Shown: positions 37,801-50,938 of the stretch, piece after piece | How the letters are laid out: every line of letters begins with the position of its first letter | How positions within the stretch are numbered: position 1 is the stretch's first letter | From: Octopus bimaculoides | Lineage: Eukaryota | NCBI RefSeq assembly: GCF_001194135.2 | Contig: NC_068981.1 | Coordinates: 167,094,254 to 167,158,253, forward strand | Direction: 5' to 3' | DNA: 64,000 nt | Position numbers and translations under genes: made by a program | The notes under the pieces: generated by a model | What the model was told of the DNA's origin: nothing | Databases searched by the model: none | Seen by the model: only the letters and a program-made list of their open reading frames with translations

Positions 37801-40800
37801 CATTTGGTAATTATGACATATCCTCTAGAAGCAGAGATAATTTTAATAAATCAAGAATTTATGCTGTATGGCATTTGATATATCTGGACTTGACTCTGTT
37901 GTTTATATCTATGCCACTGGCCATTCTGTGCTATTTCTCTTAGTGCATTTTGTTTAAGACACATAACTCTGCTTGCTTTATTTTATTTAACTAACAACAG
38001 GATCTTGTCTCATTAAGTATTTAATTAGTTAGCAATAGTAGAACAACTGCTAGAAAAATATCATTTTTATCCATCTTAGCCAGATTAAAAATGGATTCTA
38101 AACAATGAATTCTATAGGCGCAGGAGTGGCTGTATGGTAAGTAGCTTGCTTACCAACTACATGGTTCTGGGTTCAGTCCCACTGCATGGCACCTTGGGCA
38201 AATGTCTTCTAGTATAGCTTCGGGCCGACCAAAGCCTTGTAAGTGGATTTGGTAGACGGAAACTGAAAGAAGTCCGTTGTATATACGTATATGTGTATAT
38301 ATATGTGTGTTTACGTCCCCGTAACTTAGCGGTTTGGCAAAAGAGACCGATAGAATAAGTACTAGGCTTACAAAGAATAAGTCCTGGGGTCAATTTGCTC
38401 AAATAAAGGCGGTGCTCCAGCATGGCCGCAGTCAAATGACTGAAACAAGTAAAAGAGAAGTAAAAGTAAAAGTTACTAAAAGAAGTAATTGTGAAGGAAA
38501 TGAAGGAAATTCACTTACTAGCTAACATCATAAATGCTTCAGGATCTTTTGGTTTGTACTTCAGCATAGTACTAAGAAAGTGGAATGCAGATGCATATTG
38601 TTGCATGTGGAGATGAACTAATCCCAGATTATACAACACCTTTGTGTCAAATGGAGAAAGATAATTGGCTCGTTTTAAACAGCAGATTGCCTGTAAGGGA
38701 ATGAAAAAAAAAAATATATATGAGACTATGTATTTGATACTTGGTTGTTAATGATATAAATTAAATATGTAAAAAGCATCCAGTCCACACTGTAAAGTGG
38801 TTGGCATTTGGAAGGGCACCAGCTGTAAAAACCATGCCAAAACTGATCTCACCTGTGCTGGTGTCATGTAAAGAGCACTCAGTCCACTCTGCAGGGTGGT
38901 TGCTGTTAGGAAGGGCATTCAGCCATAAAAACTATACCAAAACAGACATTGAAGCCTGGTGCAGTCTTCTGCCTAGGCAGCTCCTCCCAAACTGTCCAAC
39001 CCATGCCAGCATGGAAAGCAGACATTAAACAATGATGATGATGATTATGATGAATTTCATCTACTGCCTATAAGCTGTTTCATTAAGTATCAATTTTGCA
39101 TTTTTAACTTCAATCTCAAACAACTTGTGTCTGTGCGTGAGGAGACCCGGCAAGCCAAGTGAGACCTAAATCCAAGGCCTCTGCCAGGGGTGTAGCCAGC
39201 CCACTTATGAGTACCTTTCCTACATTGGACACTAAACTCCGCTTGCGAAGACTTGTTGAGGCAAGTGAAANNNNNNNNNNNNNNNNNNNNNNNNNNNNNN
39301 NNNNNNNNNNNNNNNNNNNNNNNNNNNNNNNNNNNNNNNNNNNNNNNNNNNNNNNNNNNNNNNNNNNNNNNNNNNNNNNNNNNNNNNNNNNNNNNNNNNN
39401 NNNNNNNNNNNNNNNNNNNNNNNNNNNNNNNNNNNNNNNNNNNNNNNNNNNNNNNNNNNNNNNNNNNNNNNNNNNNNNNNNNNNNNNNNNNNNNNNNNNN
39501 NNNNNNNNNNNNNNNNNNNNNNNNNNNNNNNNNNNNNNNNNNNNNNNNNNNNNNNNNNNNNNNNNNNNNNNNNNNNNNNNNNNNNNNNNNNNNNNNNNNN
39601 NNNNNNNNNNNNNNNNNNNNNNNNNNNNNNNNNTGACAAATCAGATTGGAGCCTGGTGTAGCCATCTGGTTTCACCAGTCCTCAGTCAAATCGTCCAACC
39701 CATGCTAGCATGGAAAGCGGACGTTAAATGACAATGACGATGATGATGATGATGATGACACAAATGTGGTTGTGTAGTTGAGACACTTACTTCCCAACTA
39801 TGTGGTCTCGGGTTCAGTCCCACTGTGTGGTACCTTGGGCGAATGTCTTCTATTACAGCCCCAGGCGGACCAAATGCCTTATGAGTGGATTTGGTAGATG
39901 GAAACTGAAAGAAGCCCACCGTGTGCCTGCATGCATGTGTGTGTGTGTGTGTGTGTGTGTTCATTTTCATTCTTCCATGAGAAAAATGTCTGAGCATGGG
40001 GAAATATTACCTTGCTTGGAAGTAGGGTTGGCAACAGAAGATCTGCCTGAACAAATTCCATTTGACCCATGCAAGTATGGAAAAGTGGATGTTAAATAAT
40101 GATTCAATCTCATAAGCATATTTCCGGATATAATAGTTATAAGTGTGCATACTTGACAGAGTGTAAGCACCTTGAGAGCAAAGTTGGACCTAAGAAGCAT
40201 CAGTTGTGGTGTGGAAGAGAGACGATTGCGCTGGTATGGTCATGTAGCGAGAATGGATGAGGATAGCTGTGTGAAAAAGTGCCACACCCTAGCGGTTGAA
40301 GGAACCTGTGGAAGAGGTAGACCCAGAAAGACCTGGGATGAGGTGGTGAAGCACAACCTTTGAACATTAGGCCTCACCGACGCAATGACTAGTGACCGAG
40401 ACCTTTGGAAATATGCTGTGCGTGAGAAGACCTGGCAAGCCAAGTGAGACCTTTGCCAGGAGTTTAACCAGCCCACTTATGCGTACCTTTCCTTCATTGG
40501 ACACTAAACTCTGCTTACGAAGAACTGTTGAAGCAAGTGAAATCGAAATCGAAATCGAACCAAATTCGTTGTCTGGCACCCATGCCAACCTTTTCTTCAT
40601 TGGACACTAAACTCTGCTTGTGAAGACCTGTTGAGGCAAGTGAAATCGAAACAAATTTGATGACTGGTACCCGTGCCAGTGGAGCGCTAACAGCACCATC
40701 TGAGCATGATCATTGCCAGAGCAGCTGTCTGGCTTCTGTGCTGGTAGCATGTAAAAAGCACCATTTGAGCGTGATCATTATCAGCGTTGCCTTACTAGCA

Positions 40801-43800
40801 CTTGTGCCGGTGGCACGTGAAAAAACATTCGAGCGAGGTTGTTGCTAGTGCCGCTGGACTGGCTCCTGTGCAGGTGGCACGTAAAAAACACCATTTGAGT
40901 GTGGCTGTTGCCGGTACCACCTGACTGGCCCTCGTGCTAGTGGCATGTAAAAGCACCCACTATACTCTTGGAGTGGTTGGCGTAAGGAAGGGCATCCAGC
41001 TGTAGAAACTCTACCAAATAAGATTGGAGCCTGGTGCAGCCATCTGGTTTGCCAGTCCTCAGTCAAATCGTCCAACCCATGCTAGCATGGAAAGCGGACG
41101 TTAAACGATGATGATGAAGAAATACATATTCTTAAAAAGTCAGTTGAAGAAGTGTTATGGTAATTTTGTTTTAATTAGTTTGACCTTAAGTTTTAAGTAA
41201 GCATTACAGAGGTTATCTATATTTTGCCTTCAGATAAAAAAAATCAGATTTTTCCACCATCAAACAGATATCAATATTGCAAAGATAAAATACACTTTTG
41301 TTTTCTTAAGTGGTTGGGTAAGTGATATGGATGTAAACATTATAATTCTTAATTTTAAAGACAGTGATATGAGGTTGCTTATTGACAAGAAGAATGTACT
41401 TAGAATATGTTAAGTGGTTTCAAGTAGTGCAGGAAATATAGTTGGCAGTGGAGGCTTAGGTCTCGTATCAAAGGTTAAATCTATTGTGATTATCATTCAC
41501 AAGTTTTATATTACTAGAAGAGTTGTCTATAAAACAATATAAAGGAGGAAAAAAAATATGTTAAGCAGTTTGCTTTGCAGCTAATGCAAATCTAAGTGTA
41601 ACATTTGTCATGTGGTTTGCTAATTGCTTGAGTTGAGCCGGTCAATTATGATATACTTTAAACGTCTGAGTTGCCATTGTTGAAGTGGATGGTATTATTA
41701 TTGTGGTAGTAGTGTATGTGTGGAATGTTGTTGCTGGCTTTGTGAATAAAAACTGAAGCAAACTCATGAACATTTAACTGTGATATTCATTACTGGACAT
41801 AATGTATTTGGTGTTGGCTATTTACAATTATCTTTTATTTTTTACTTGTTTCAGTCGTTAAGACTGTGGCCATCCTGGGGCACTGCCTTGAAGAATTTTT
41901 AGTCAAATGAATTGACCCCAGTACTTATTTCATTTTTGAAAGTCTGGTACTTATTCTACTGGTCTCTTTTGCTGAACTGTTAAGTTATGAGAATGTAAGC
42001 ACATGAACACTGGTTGTCAAGTGGTGGTGGGTGACAAACATAGAAACAAACACACACGCAAACACACAATGGGCTTCTTTCAGTTTCCTTCTACCAAATC
42101 CACTTACAAGACTTTGGTCAGCCCAAGGCTATGGTAGCAGACACCTGCCCAAGGTGCTACATAGTGGGACTGAACCCAGAACCATGTGGTTGGGAAGCAA
42201 GCTTCTTTATTTCATTATATAGGTGATGGTTAGTAGGTTTGACTGAGGGCTGGCAAGCCAGAACACTACACCAGGCTCCAATCTGATCTCACAAAATTTC
42301 TACAGCTGGATGCCCTTCCTAACACCAACCGCTCTGAGAGTGTAGTGGGTGCTTTCTATGTGCCACCGGCATGAGGGCCAGTCAAGCAGTACTGGCATTG
42401 ACCAAACTTGAATGGTGCTTTTTACATGCCACAGTTACAAGAGCCAGTCAGGCAGCACTGGCAACGATCACGCTCGAATGGTGCTTATTATGTGCTCCCA
42501 GCATGGGACCAGTCAGGTGGCACTGCTATTGACCATGGTCGAATGGTGCTTTTTATGTGCCACCGGCAAGGGTGCCAGCCAGGTGGTACTGGCATCGGCC
42601 ACGACAATGACTTCACATGACTCAACAGGTTTTCAGAAGCGCAGTTTATTACCCAATGATTGAAGGGTACTCTTAAATGGGCTGGTTATGCTGCACTGGC
42701 ATAGGCCACGGTTACGGTCTTATTTGGCTTNNNNNNNNNNGTTATGCTGCACTGGCATAGGCCACGGTTACGGTCTTATTTGGCTTGCTGGGTCTTCTCA
42801 AGCACAGCATATCTCCAAAGGTCTTGGTCACTTGACATCGTCTCCATGAGGCCCAATGTTTGAAGGTCGTGCTTCACCACCTCATCCCAGGTCTTCCTGG
42901 GTCTACCTCTTCCACAGGTTCCCTCCACTGTTAGGTGTGACACATTTTCACACAGCTGTCCTCATCCATATACAACACATGACCATACCAGCGCAATCGT
43001 CTCTCTTGCACACCACATCTGATGCTTCTTATGTCCAACTTTTCTCTGAGGGCGCTTACACTCTGTTGTGTATGCACACTGACATTACACATCCAGCAGA
43101 GCATACTAGCTTCATTCTTTGCAAGCTTACGCATGTCCTCAGCAATCACAGCCCATGTTTCACTGCCCTGTAGCTCTCACTAACCACTCATCTATCCCTA
43201 CTTTCCACATTGACCACTAAATAAGAGATCGGGGGACCATGTCAAAGGCTTTCTCCATGTTGATGAAAGCCAGGTACAGAAGTTTATCCTTGGCTAGGTA
43301 TTTCTCCTGCAGCGGTCTTACCAGAAATATAGCATCAGTGATGTTTTTCCCTGGCACAAATCCAAACTGCATTTCATCTAAACTAACTCTCTCCATAATT
43401 AGTTGGTCTATGACTCTCTCCGTTACTTTCATTGCTTGATCCAACAAATTGATACCTCTGTAATTATTTGTATCTAATGCATTACCTTTACCTTTGTAGC
43501 AGTTGACTATGGTCCTGCTACACTAGTCATTGGGTATGACTCCTTCCTGTATCCCCTGATTGACTATATGGGTGACTAGACTATAACTGACACCGCCAGA
43601 TATTTTAAGCATTTCTGTGGTGATTCCTAATGGGCCGGGGGCTTTCCCTGTCTTCATGCCCTTAATTGCTTTATTTACCAAGATACTGTCAATTCCGATA
43701 GCTGGTCCCCATGTTGGATCGACTGCTTAAATGTTCTAGTGCCAGTTTATCATAAATTTCACAAGAAATCACACAGATTTCTTTCCCTTTGTCTCATGGT

Positions 43801-46800
43801 AAGTAGATAAGGATTTTGTTTTTTAGTTTTGTCAATGCTTCATGTTGCACCCTGGTTAAGTTTGGAATCAAAACGTTGGAAATAGACTTCTTGTGGTTGA
43901 GTTCTCGGTTGGTTGGAGGTGGGAAGAGTGGGTGGTCTAGTTGGTACATGGGAAATTTGCTGAGTGTGTTGTTGCTGTTCTTTATTACTGACAGCCATTT
44001 GAGTTGGTAGGCTATTTGGAAAAAAGTAAGATTTTCTCGTTCAGCTGTTGGCTCAAGATAAATTTAGGGCTCAGACCGAGGAGTTCTAGTTCTTTATGGG
44101 AGAGTGACCCACTCAAGTTTGTGACTAGGGGTTTCATTGTTGATGGTGTGCTGGTGTCCTTGATGTTAGGGTTATCTTGATTGGTGGACGTGTCCCGTTC
44201 ATCTGTGTTGGTGTAATAGGCCGAGTTATGGTATTTGGTGCAAAGCCACAAGAATTTAAGTTTCAGGCATTTCTTCACTTGGTCGAAGCAGTGGTGATAG
44301 CATTGATCAATAGCTGCAGTTGTTCTTCGGAGTGTAGGTTCTGGGCTGACGTGATGCTGGATATTATTTCAGAGAATTTGCGTATGTGCTCATGGAGTTG
44401 GTGATGTAGATAGTGTATGATTTTTCTAATGGTGAATGTATGTATGTATTTCAGTGATCGTCGAAGGGTAAGGTTACGGAAGCACATGGGTAAATGTATG
44501 TTCCTGATGGTGTTGGGAATTATGTTGTTTTTTTAGGCAGTGTTTTAACATCCACTTTTCCATGCTTGCATGGACTGGATGTAGTTTATCACTTTTTCAA
44601 CTCTATCCCTCACTTTTTATCAACTCTTGCACTAATCGGTTCCTACTCCCCTGTTTCCTGCTATATTTCCCTGTCTTCTCTTATTTGTCATCTTCATCAT
44701 CCCGCTCTCTTTAGTTCCTCCTCAGGGGTTGGCTTTAGGAAGGGGACCCAGTCATTGAAACCATTCCAGAATAGACATTGGTATATGATGCAGCCCTCCA
44801 ACTCATCAGACCCCATCAAATTGTCCAGCCTTTGCCAGCATTAAAGCTGAATGTTAAATAATGATGAAGATGATGATGATGAAGATGATGATGAAGCAGA
44901 AGAGGAGGATGGTGGTTCAAGACCTGAAATTTGTAGTAGAGGAGCATAGTTAATTGGAACTATGCAGAATACGACTATTGATCACTGAAGTATAAAACAT
45001 GAAGTTAATTTACTGTGAAATTCATTAATACAGAGAATAATCATCATCATCATCATCATCATCGTTTAACGTCCGCTTTCCATGCTAGCATGGGTTGGAC
45101 GATTTGACTGAGGACTGGTGAACCAGATGGCTACACCAGGCTCCAATCTGATTTAGCAGAGTTTCTACAGCTGGATGCCCTTCCTAACGCCAACCACTCT
45201 GAGAGTGTAGTGGGTGCTTTTCCGTGCCACCGGCACGAAGGCCAGTCAGGAGGTACTGGCAACAGCCACGCTCGAAATGGTGTATTTTACGTGCCACCTG
45301 CACTGGAGCCAGCGGTACTGGCAACGAACTCACTAGGAAACTTATTATCAAAGTTAATAAAGTACCATGATAAACTGACTTTTTTTTGCAAAACACATGG
45401 TAAAATTAGCAAAAGAGAGTGTTTAATTAATAACTTGACTTCAGTATATTACTGATATTTGTACTTATTATATATTTTGCAAAACAATGAGCCAGGGTAC
45501 ATTGAAACCACGGGATGCAGCATAGCAGATGTGAACTATTTTGGCAAATTAACTTATTGAATCAATGCAAGTATTACTGGACTGTAAGTGAATGAACAGA
45601 CAATGAACTGTCAACGGTCAAGGTCAACCAGTTCAGTTTGTGAACTACTACTGTTACGTGTTGTCATGGCATGCACAGATGAGATATTTCAGGTAGTGAA
45701 AGATTAGTGTGACTAAAACTCAAGGTAAATGTTCATGTAGCATTGTTTGATCTGGCATTGAAGTGTTGCATTGGTCAGATCAAGCTACATTGGTCTGGGA
45801 AAGATGCATTAGTCTGGGCAAGTTTCCCAACAAGACAGATCAGGCAGCTTTTGAATCTGATACAGAAAGAGATAATAAAATATGAATTTTTGATTCATAA
45901 ATAAATTAAAAAAAAAATATGGTTACAAAAACTCTTTTGAAACAGACTCTGCTCTATCAAACTTTGAAAATAAGCAAGAATTAAATAGCGTTTATACTTA
46001 CAGCCACATATTTAGCTTTTCCAAAGAAACACATAGCAATATTATTCCATAAAATGGCACTTTCAGGCATAGAACAAGCCACAATTCTATATTTAGTGAG
46101 AGCAACATCAAAGTCCCCATGACTTTGCATCATACTTCCAGCTGCTAGAATAGCTTTTATGTGAGTTGGATCAAAGCTCATGGCATTACCAAGGCTTTCA
46201 CAGGCTTTTTGAAACTCCTTAATCTGGATCAGATACAAAACGAACAAATAAATAAGCAAAAAAAAATACACATTATAGGAACTGACATAGTTATCATCAT
46301 CATCACCATTGTTGTCGTTGTCATCAACAACAACATCCACTTTTCCATGCTTGCATGGATCAGATGGAATTTTCTGAGACAAATTTTCTACAGCCATGCT
46401 CTTCCTGTCACAAACCCTCACATGTACACTTTTTCACACAAAGAGTTGCTGAAGTATGGAACAAACTGCCGGCATCAGTTGTTAGTTGTTGGAGCACTGC
46501 ATCCTTCAAAACTTCCGTGCTTCCTGAGATTCGCCAACACTACACCTGATTTTCTCCCCTCCATACACACACAAGCATGTATGACTCATTCACTGTTCAC
46601 TTTCCAGACATTTGTACAATAGTGCATATGCTTTATGTGCACTTTTGACAAGTTGTAGTGCACCTGAGCACTGTATACAACAATTTCATTATTATTATTA
46701 TTTTATGATAGTATTTCCCCATGGCAGACCAGTTTTCCATGGAAGATTGGAAATAAACAACACTGCTTGTATGAGAGGGTGCTCATCTACAACCATCACA

Positions 46801-47916
46801 AGATGTCAAGACATAGGTACACACACACACACATATGCGTGCACGCATGTGCACACACACACCTATAATGGGCTTCTTTCAGTTTCCATTTATCAAATTC
46901 ATTCACAAGGCTTTGGTTGGACCAGGGCTATAATAGAATACACTTGTTGAAGGTGTCACACAGTGAGACTGAACCCAAGACCTCATGGTTGGGAAGTAAG
47001 CTTCTTCTTAACCACACAGCCATGTCTGCCTTCCTTCTTGGCCAAACAGTAGATCAGAAGTTTACCTTGCTACAACCATGCATTTCTAGATTTGATCCTA
47101 CTGCATGGTGTCATGAGCAAACATCTTCTACTGTAATTTTAGGTTGACCAACACCTTGTGAGTGAAATTTCAAAGGTGGAAACTGTGAAACCCCTGCCCC
47201 ATTATCATCATCATTCATTTTTTCCATGTTGGCATGGCTCAGACAAAATTTACTAAGAGCTTTTCTATGGTCAGACGCTCTTCCTGTCATCAACCCTCAC
47301 TTATTTCAAAGTAATATACTATTCCCACCTTGGTTCTTCAAGCAATGAACAGCTCAATGACTGGTCTTGTTTTTATGACAGATTGTAAAACAAAGACTTT
47401 GTCATATAGGTGACATAGTTTTTATGCAGTGTGCAAACATCATGAAGACAATGGGAAGTCACAAATATACTCATATGCTTGGCACATAAAATACACCATT
47501 TTGAGCATGGCCGTTGCCAGTATCGCCTGACTGGCCTTCGTGCGGGTGACACGTAAAAGCACCCACTACACTCTCTGAGTGGTTGGCGTTAGGAAGGGCA
47601 TCCAGCTGTAGAAACTCTGCCAAATCAGATTGGAGCCTGGTGTAGCCATCTGGTTTCACCAGTCCTCAGTCAAATCGTCCAACCCATGCCAGCATGGAAA
47701 GTGGACGTTAAACGATGATGATGATGATGATTATATACATATATAAGCATATATGTATATTTACACACATGGCAAGCTTCATACACTTTCATTTTCCAAT
47801 TCCACTCACTAAGCATTGGTCAGCTGGAGACCATTGTAGAAAGCACTTGGCCACAGTAACATGCAGTGGTATGTGTGTGTGTGTGTGTGTGCATATATAC
47901 ATGTATGGTGTATTCT

Positions 47917-47965
<49 letters not shown>

Positions 47966-50885
47966 ATATATATANNNNNNNNNNNNNNNNNNNNNNNNNN
48001 NNNNNNNNNNNNNNNNNNNNNNNNNNNNNNNNNNNNNNNNNNNNNNNNNNNNNNNNNNNNNNNNNNNNNNNNNNNNNNNNNNNNNNNNNNNNNNNNNNNN
48101 NNNNNNNNNNNNNNNNNNNNNNNNNNNNNNNNNNNNNNNNNNNNNNNNNNNNNNNNNNNNNNNNNNNNNNNNNNNNNNNNNNNNNNNNNNNNNNNNNNNN
48201 NNNNNNNNNNNNNNNNNNNNNNNNNNNNNNNNNNNNNNNNNNNNNNNNNNNNNNNNNNNNNNNNNNNNNNNNNNNNNNNNNNNNNNNNNNNNNNNNNNNN
48301 NNNNNNNNNNNNNNNNNNNNNNNNNNNNNNNNNNNNNNNNNNNNNNNNNNNNNNNNNNNNNNNNNNNNNNNNNNNNNNNNNNNNNNNNNNNNNNNNNNNN
48401 NNNNNNNNNNNNNNNNNNNNNNNNNNNNNNNNNNNNNNNNNNNNNNNNNNNNNNNNNNNNNNNNNNNNGTGGCACATAAAAGACACCATTTCGAGCGTGG
48501 CCGTTTTCGTGCGGGTGACACGTAAAAGCACCCACTACACTCTCTGAGTGGTTGGCGTTAGGAAGGGCATCCAGCTGTAGAAACTATGCCAAATTAGATT
48601 GGAGCCTGGTGTTGCCATCCGGTTTCACCAGTCCTCAGTCAAATCGTCCAACCCATGCTAGCATGGAAGGCGGACGTTAAACGATGATGATGATGATGAT
48701 GATATATATATATATATATGTATGTATGTATGGTGTGTATGTATGTGTTTGCATGCATATGTGTGAAAGTGAGTGTGAGTGTGTGTGTGAAATACACATA
48801 GTCATACATTGGCAGATACAAACACACACTCCCACTCTTCAAATATATATAGAAAGATATTGTCACTAACCTCCATATATAGTAATCCAAGAAAAGTAAG
48901 AAGTTCAGTATTTTCTGGAAATATTCTACATAAATAAAAGAAATAACAAAAAGCAACACACGTGAGAATTTTGATGAGAAAGACTATTACATAAAAATGA
49001 CAAATCAGTACTGATCATGAGAGTTACAATTATTTCACAGTGTATGTTTGTCTGGGAGAAACAGTATTTCAAAGACAGTATTGTAATAGTTTTGGCATCC
49101 TCCTCCTCCTCCTCCTCCTCACTGCCACCACCATCATCATCATCATCCTTCCCCCCACCATTCCTCCTCCCCGTCATCACTAGCATCCATTTCTATGCTG
49201 GCATGAGTTGGCTGGATGGTTTGGCAGGAGCTGGCAAGCCAGAGAACTGTGCCAAGCCCCAGTGTCTGCTTTGGCAGTCCTTCCTAATGCCAACCACTTT
49301 TACAGGGTTAGAATATGCAGTAGAAACTAATAGCATCTCTTGCAAAATATTCAATAATTCTCAATGCTTTCCAGAAGTGCCCATCTCTTGTATTCGTTTT
49401 AGTATACTGTTACCATATAAACTTCTGTATTACATTTGTTTCTTTTTCCAAGTTTTAGCTTAGAGGAACTTTGGATGTTATTGCTAAAAGGGCAAACAAC
49501 CACATTGTTTTGGTGTGTCATTTCATAATAGCTGCATATTTAATTGCAAGAGCTGTGCATATTGGCGAAGTCAGTAGACACAAACTGATCTCTTCATATG
49601 TCTAAACAATTTTTTAGTTTCAGAGGCTCAGACATGTTCATATGGTTAAGAAGTTTGTTTTGTAACAATGTGTTCTGGGTTCAGTCCCACTGTACAACAC
49701 CTTGAGCCAGTAACTTCTTTCATAGCTTCAGGTTGATCAAAGCTTTGAAATGTGGAAACGGAGTGAAAATGTGTTTCTATCCATGAAAGGTTGACATTAA
49801 CTGTTGTCCAGTTTACTGCCATCTGGCCTTTGGTTATTTGTAGCAGAGTCTCTTCTGTTGCATGTATTTAGACCCGATTTCCAGCCAGAGGCTAACTTCC
49901 TTTGCTGCAACTAGTCATAATTTTCTCATGAGCCAGACAAAACTTACGGAGACAGTTTTTATATAGCTGGATACTCTTCCAGTTACCAATCCTCAAGTGT
50001 TTTCAAATGATACACTATTTCCTCTAGTCCTTTAAACAACTCAATGACTGGTCTTGTTTTTATGGCATACAAACAGAAGCATTCTGACAGACCATGAAAA
50101 AATTCTGACTAAACCATAAAGCTATATAGAATTCAGATGAAATATATGGATGGTAAGTAAACAATAAATAGTGCAAGGCTAGAACTTACTCAACAGCTTT
50201 GATGAATACTTCAATGGCTCGTTCCACATTTCTTTCCAGCATGTACACTTTTCCCAACATGATAAACGATATTTCATGATGCTTGTGAGTAATTGCAGTC
50301 TGGAGAAATTCTTTGGCCTAAAATACATCAAAATGAAAACACTTTTCATGTCCATTTTTCCATGCGTACACAATAAGACTGTTTATTTGTTTTGAGTAAT
50401 TAGCTTTCACAGTTGGATTGTCTTCCTACTGCTAAGTAGTTAAACATGAAGCAGGAATGAAGCTTTTCTTTTTCTTTTTCCTCAGCAGGTAAACTAGAGC
50501 AAGCAAAGTTTAGGTACCATGATCTAAGATACAACACAGTGACAGGAGTAAGAACTGAACTTATGCCCTAATGGTCATATAGCAATTGTGCCTTATAAAA
50601 ATATAGAAGGAATTTTGAGCCCAAAATAGAGCATCTGCATGGTCACTTGAATGCACAGACACTCAATAATTTATGCTGAGAAACAGCAGCTAGATCTCCC
50701 ACAAACCATTCCCAACCATCTTACAAAAAAGCAAAAAAAAACCCACACTTTACATGATATGGATAATATAATGCAGAGAACACAATGAGTGAAAATATGA
50801 TTGGAAGTAAGATGTTTTGTTCGTTCTCTAACATAACATGTCATTTGTGTATTATGTGTATAATTTTGTGGTCACCAGTTTCATC

Positions 50886-50938
<53 letters not shown>

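Noticed and set aside
42685-42786. 46-bp direct duplication either side of a 10-N gap
   Set aside because: Typical unmerged contig overlap, i.e. an assembly artefact.
50455-50495. Strong plus-strand polypyrimidine/AG suggesting an antisense gene
   Set aside because: No supporting ORF or partner exons found.
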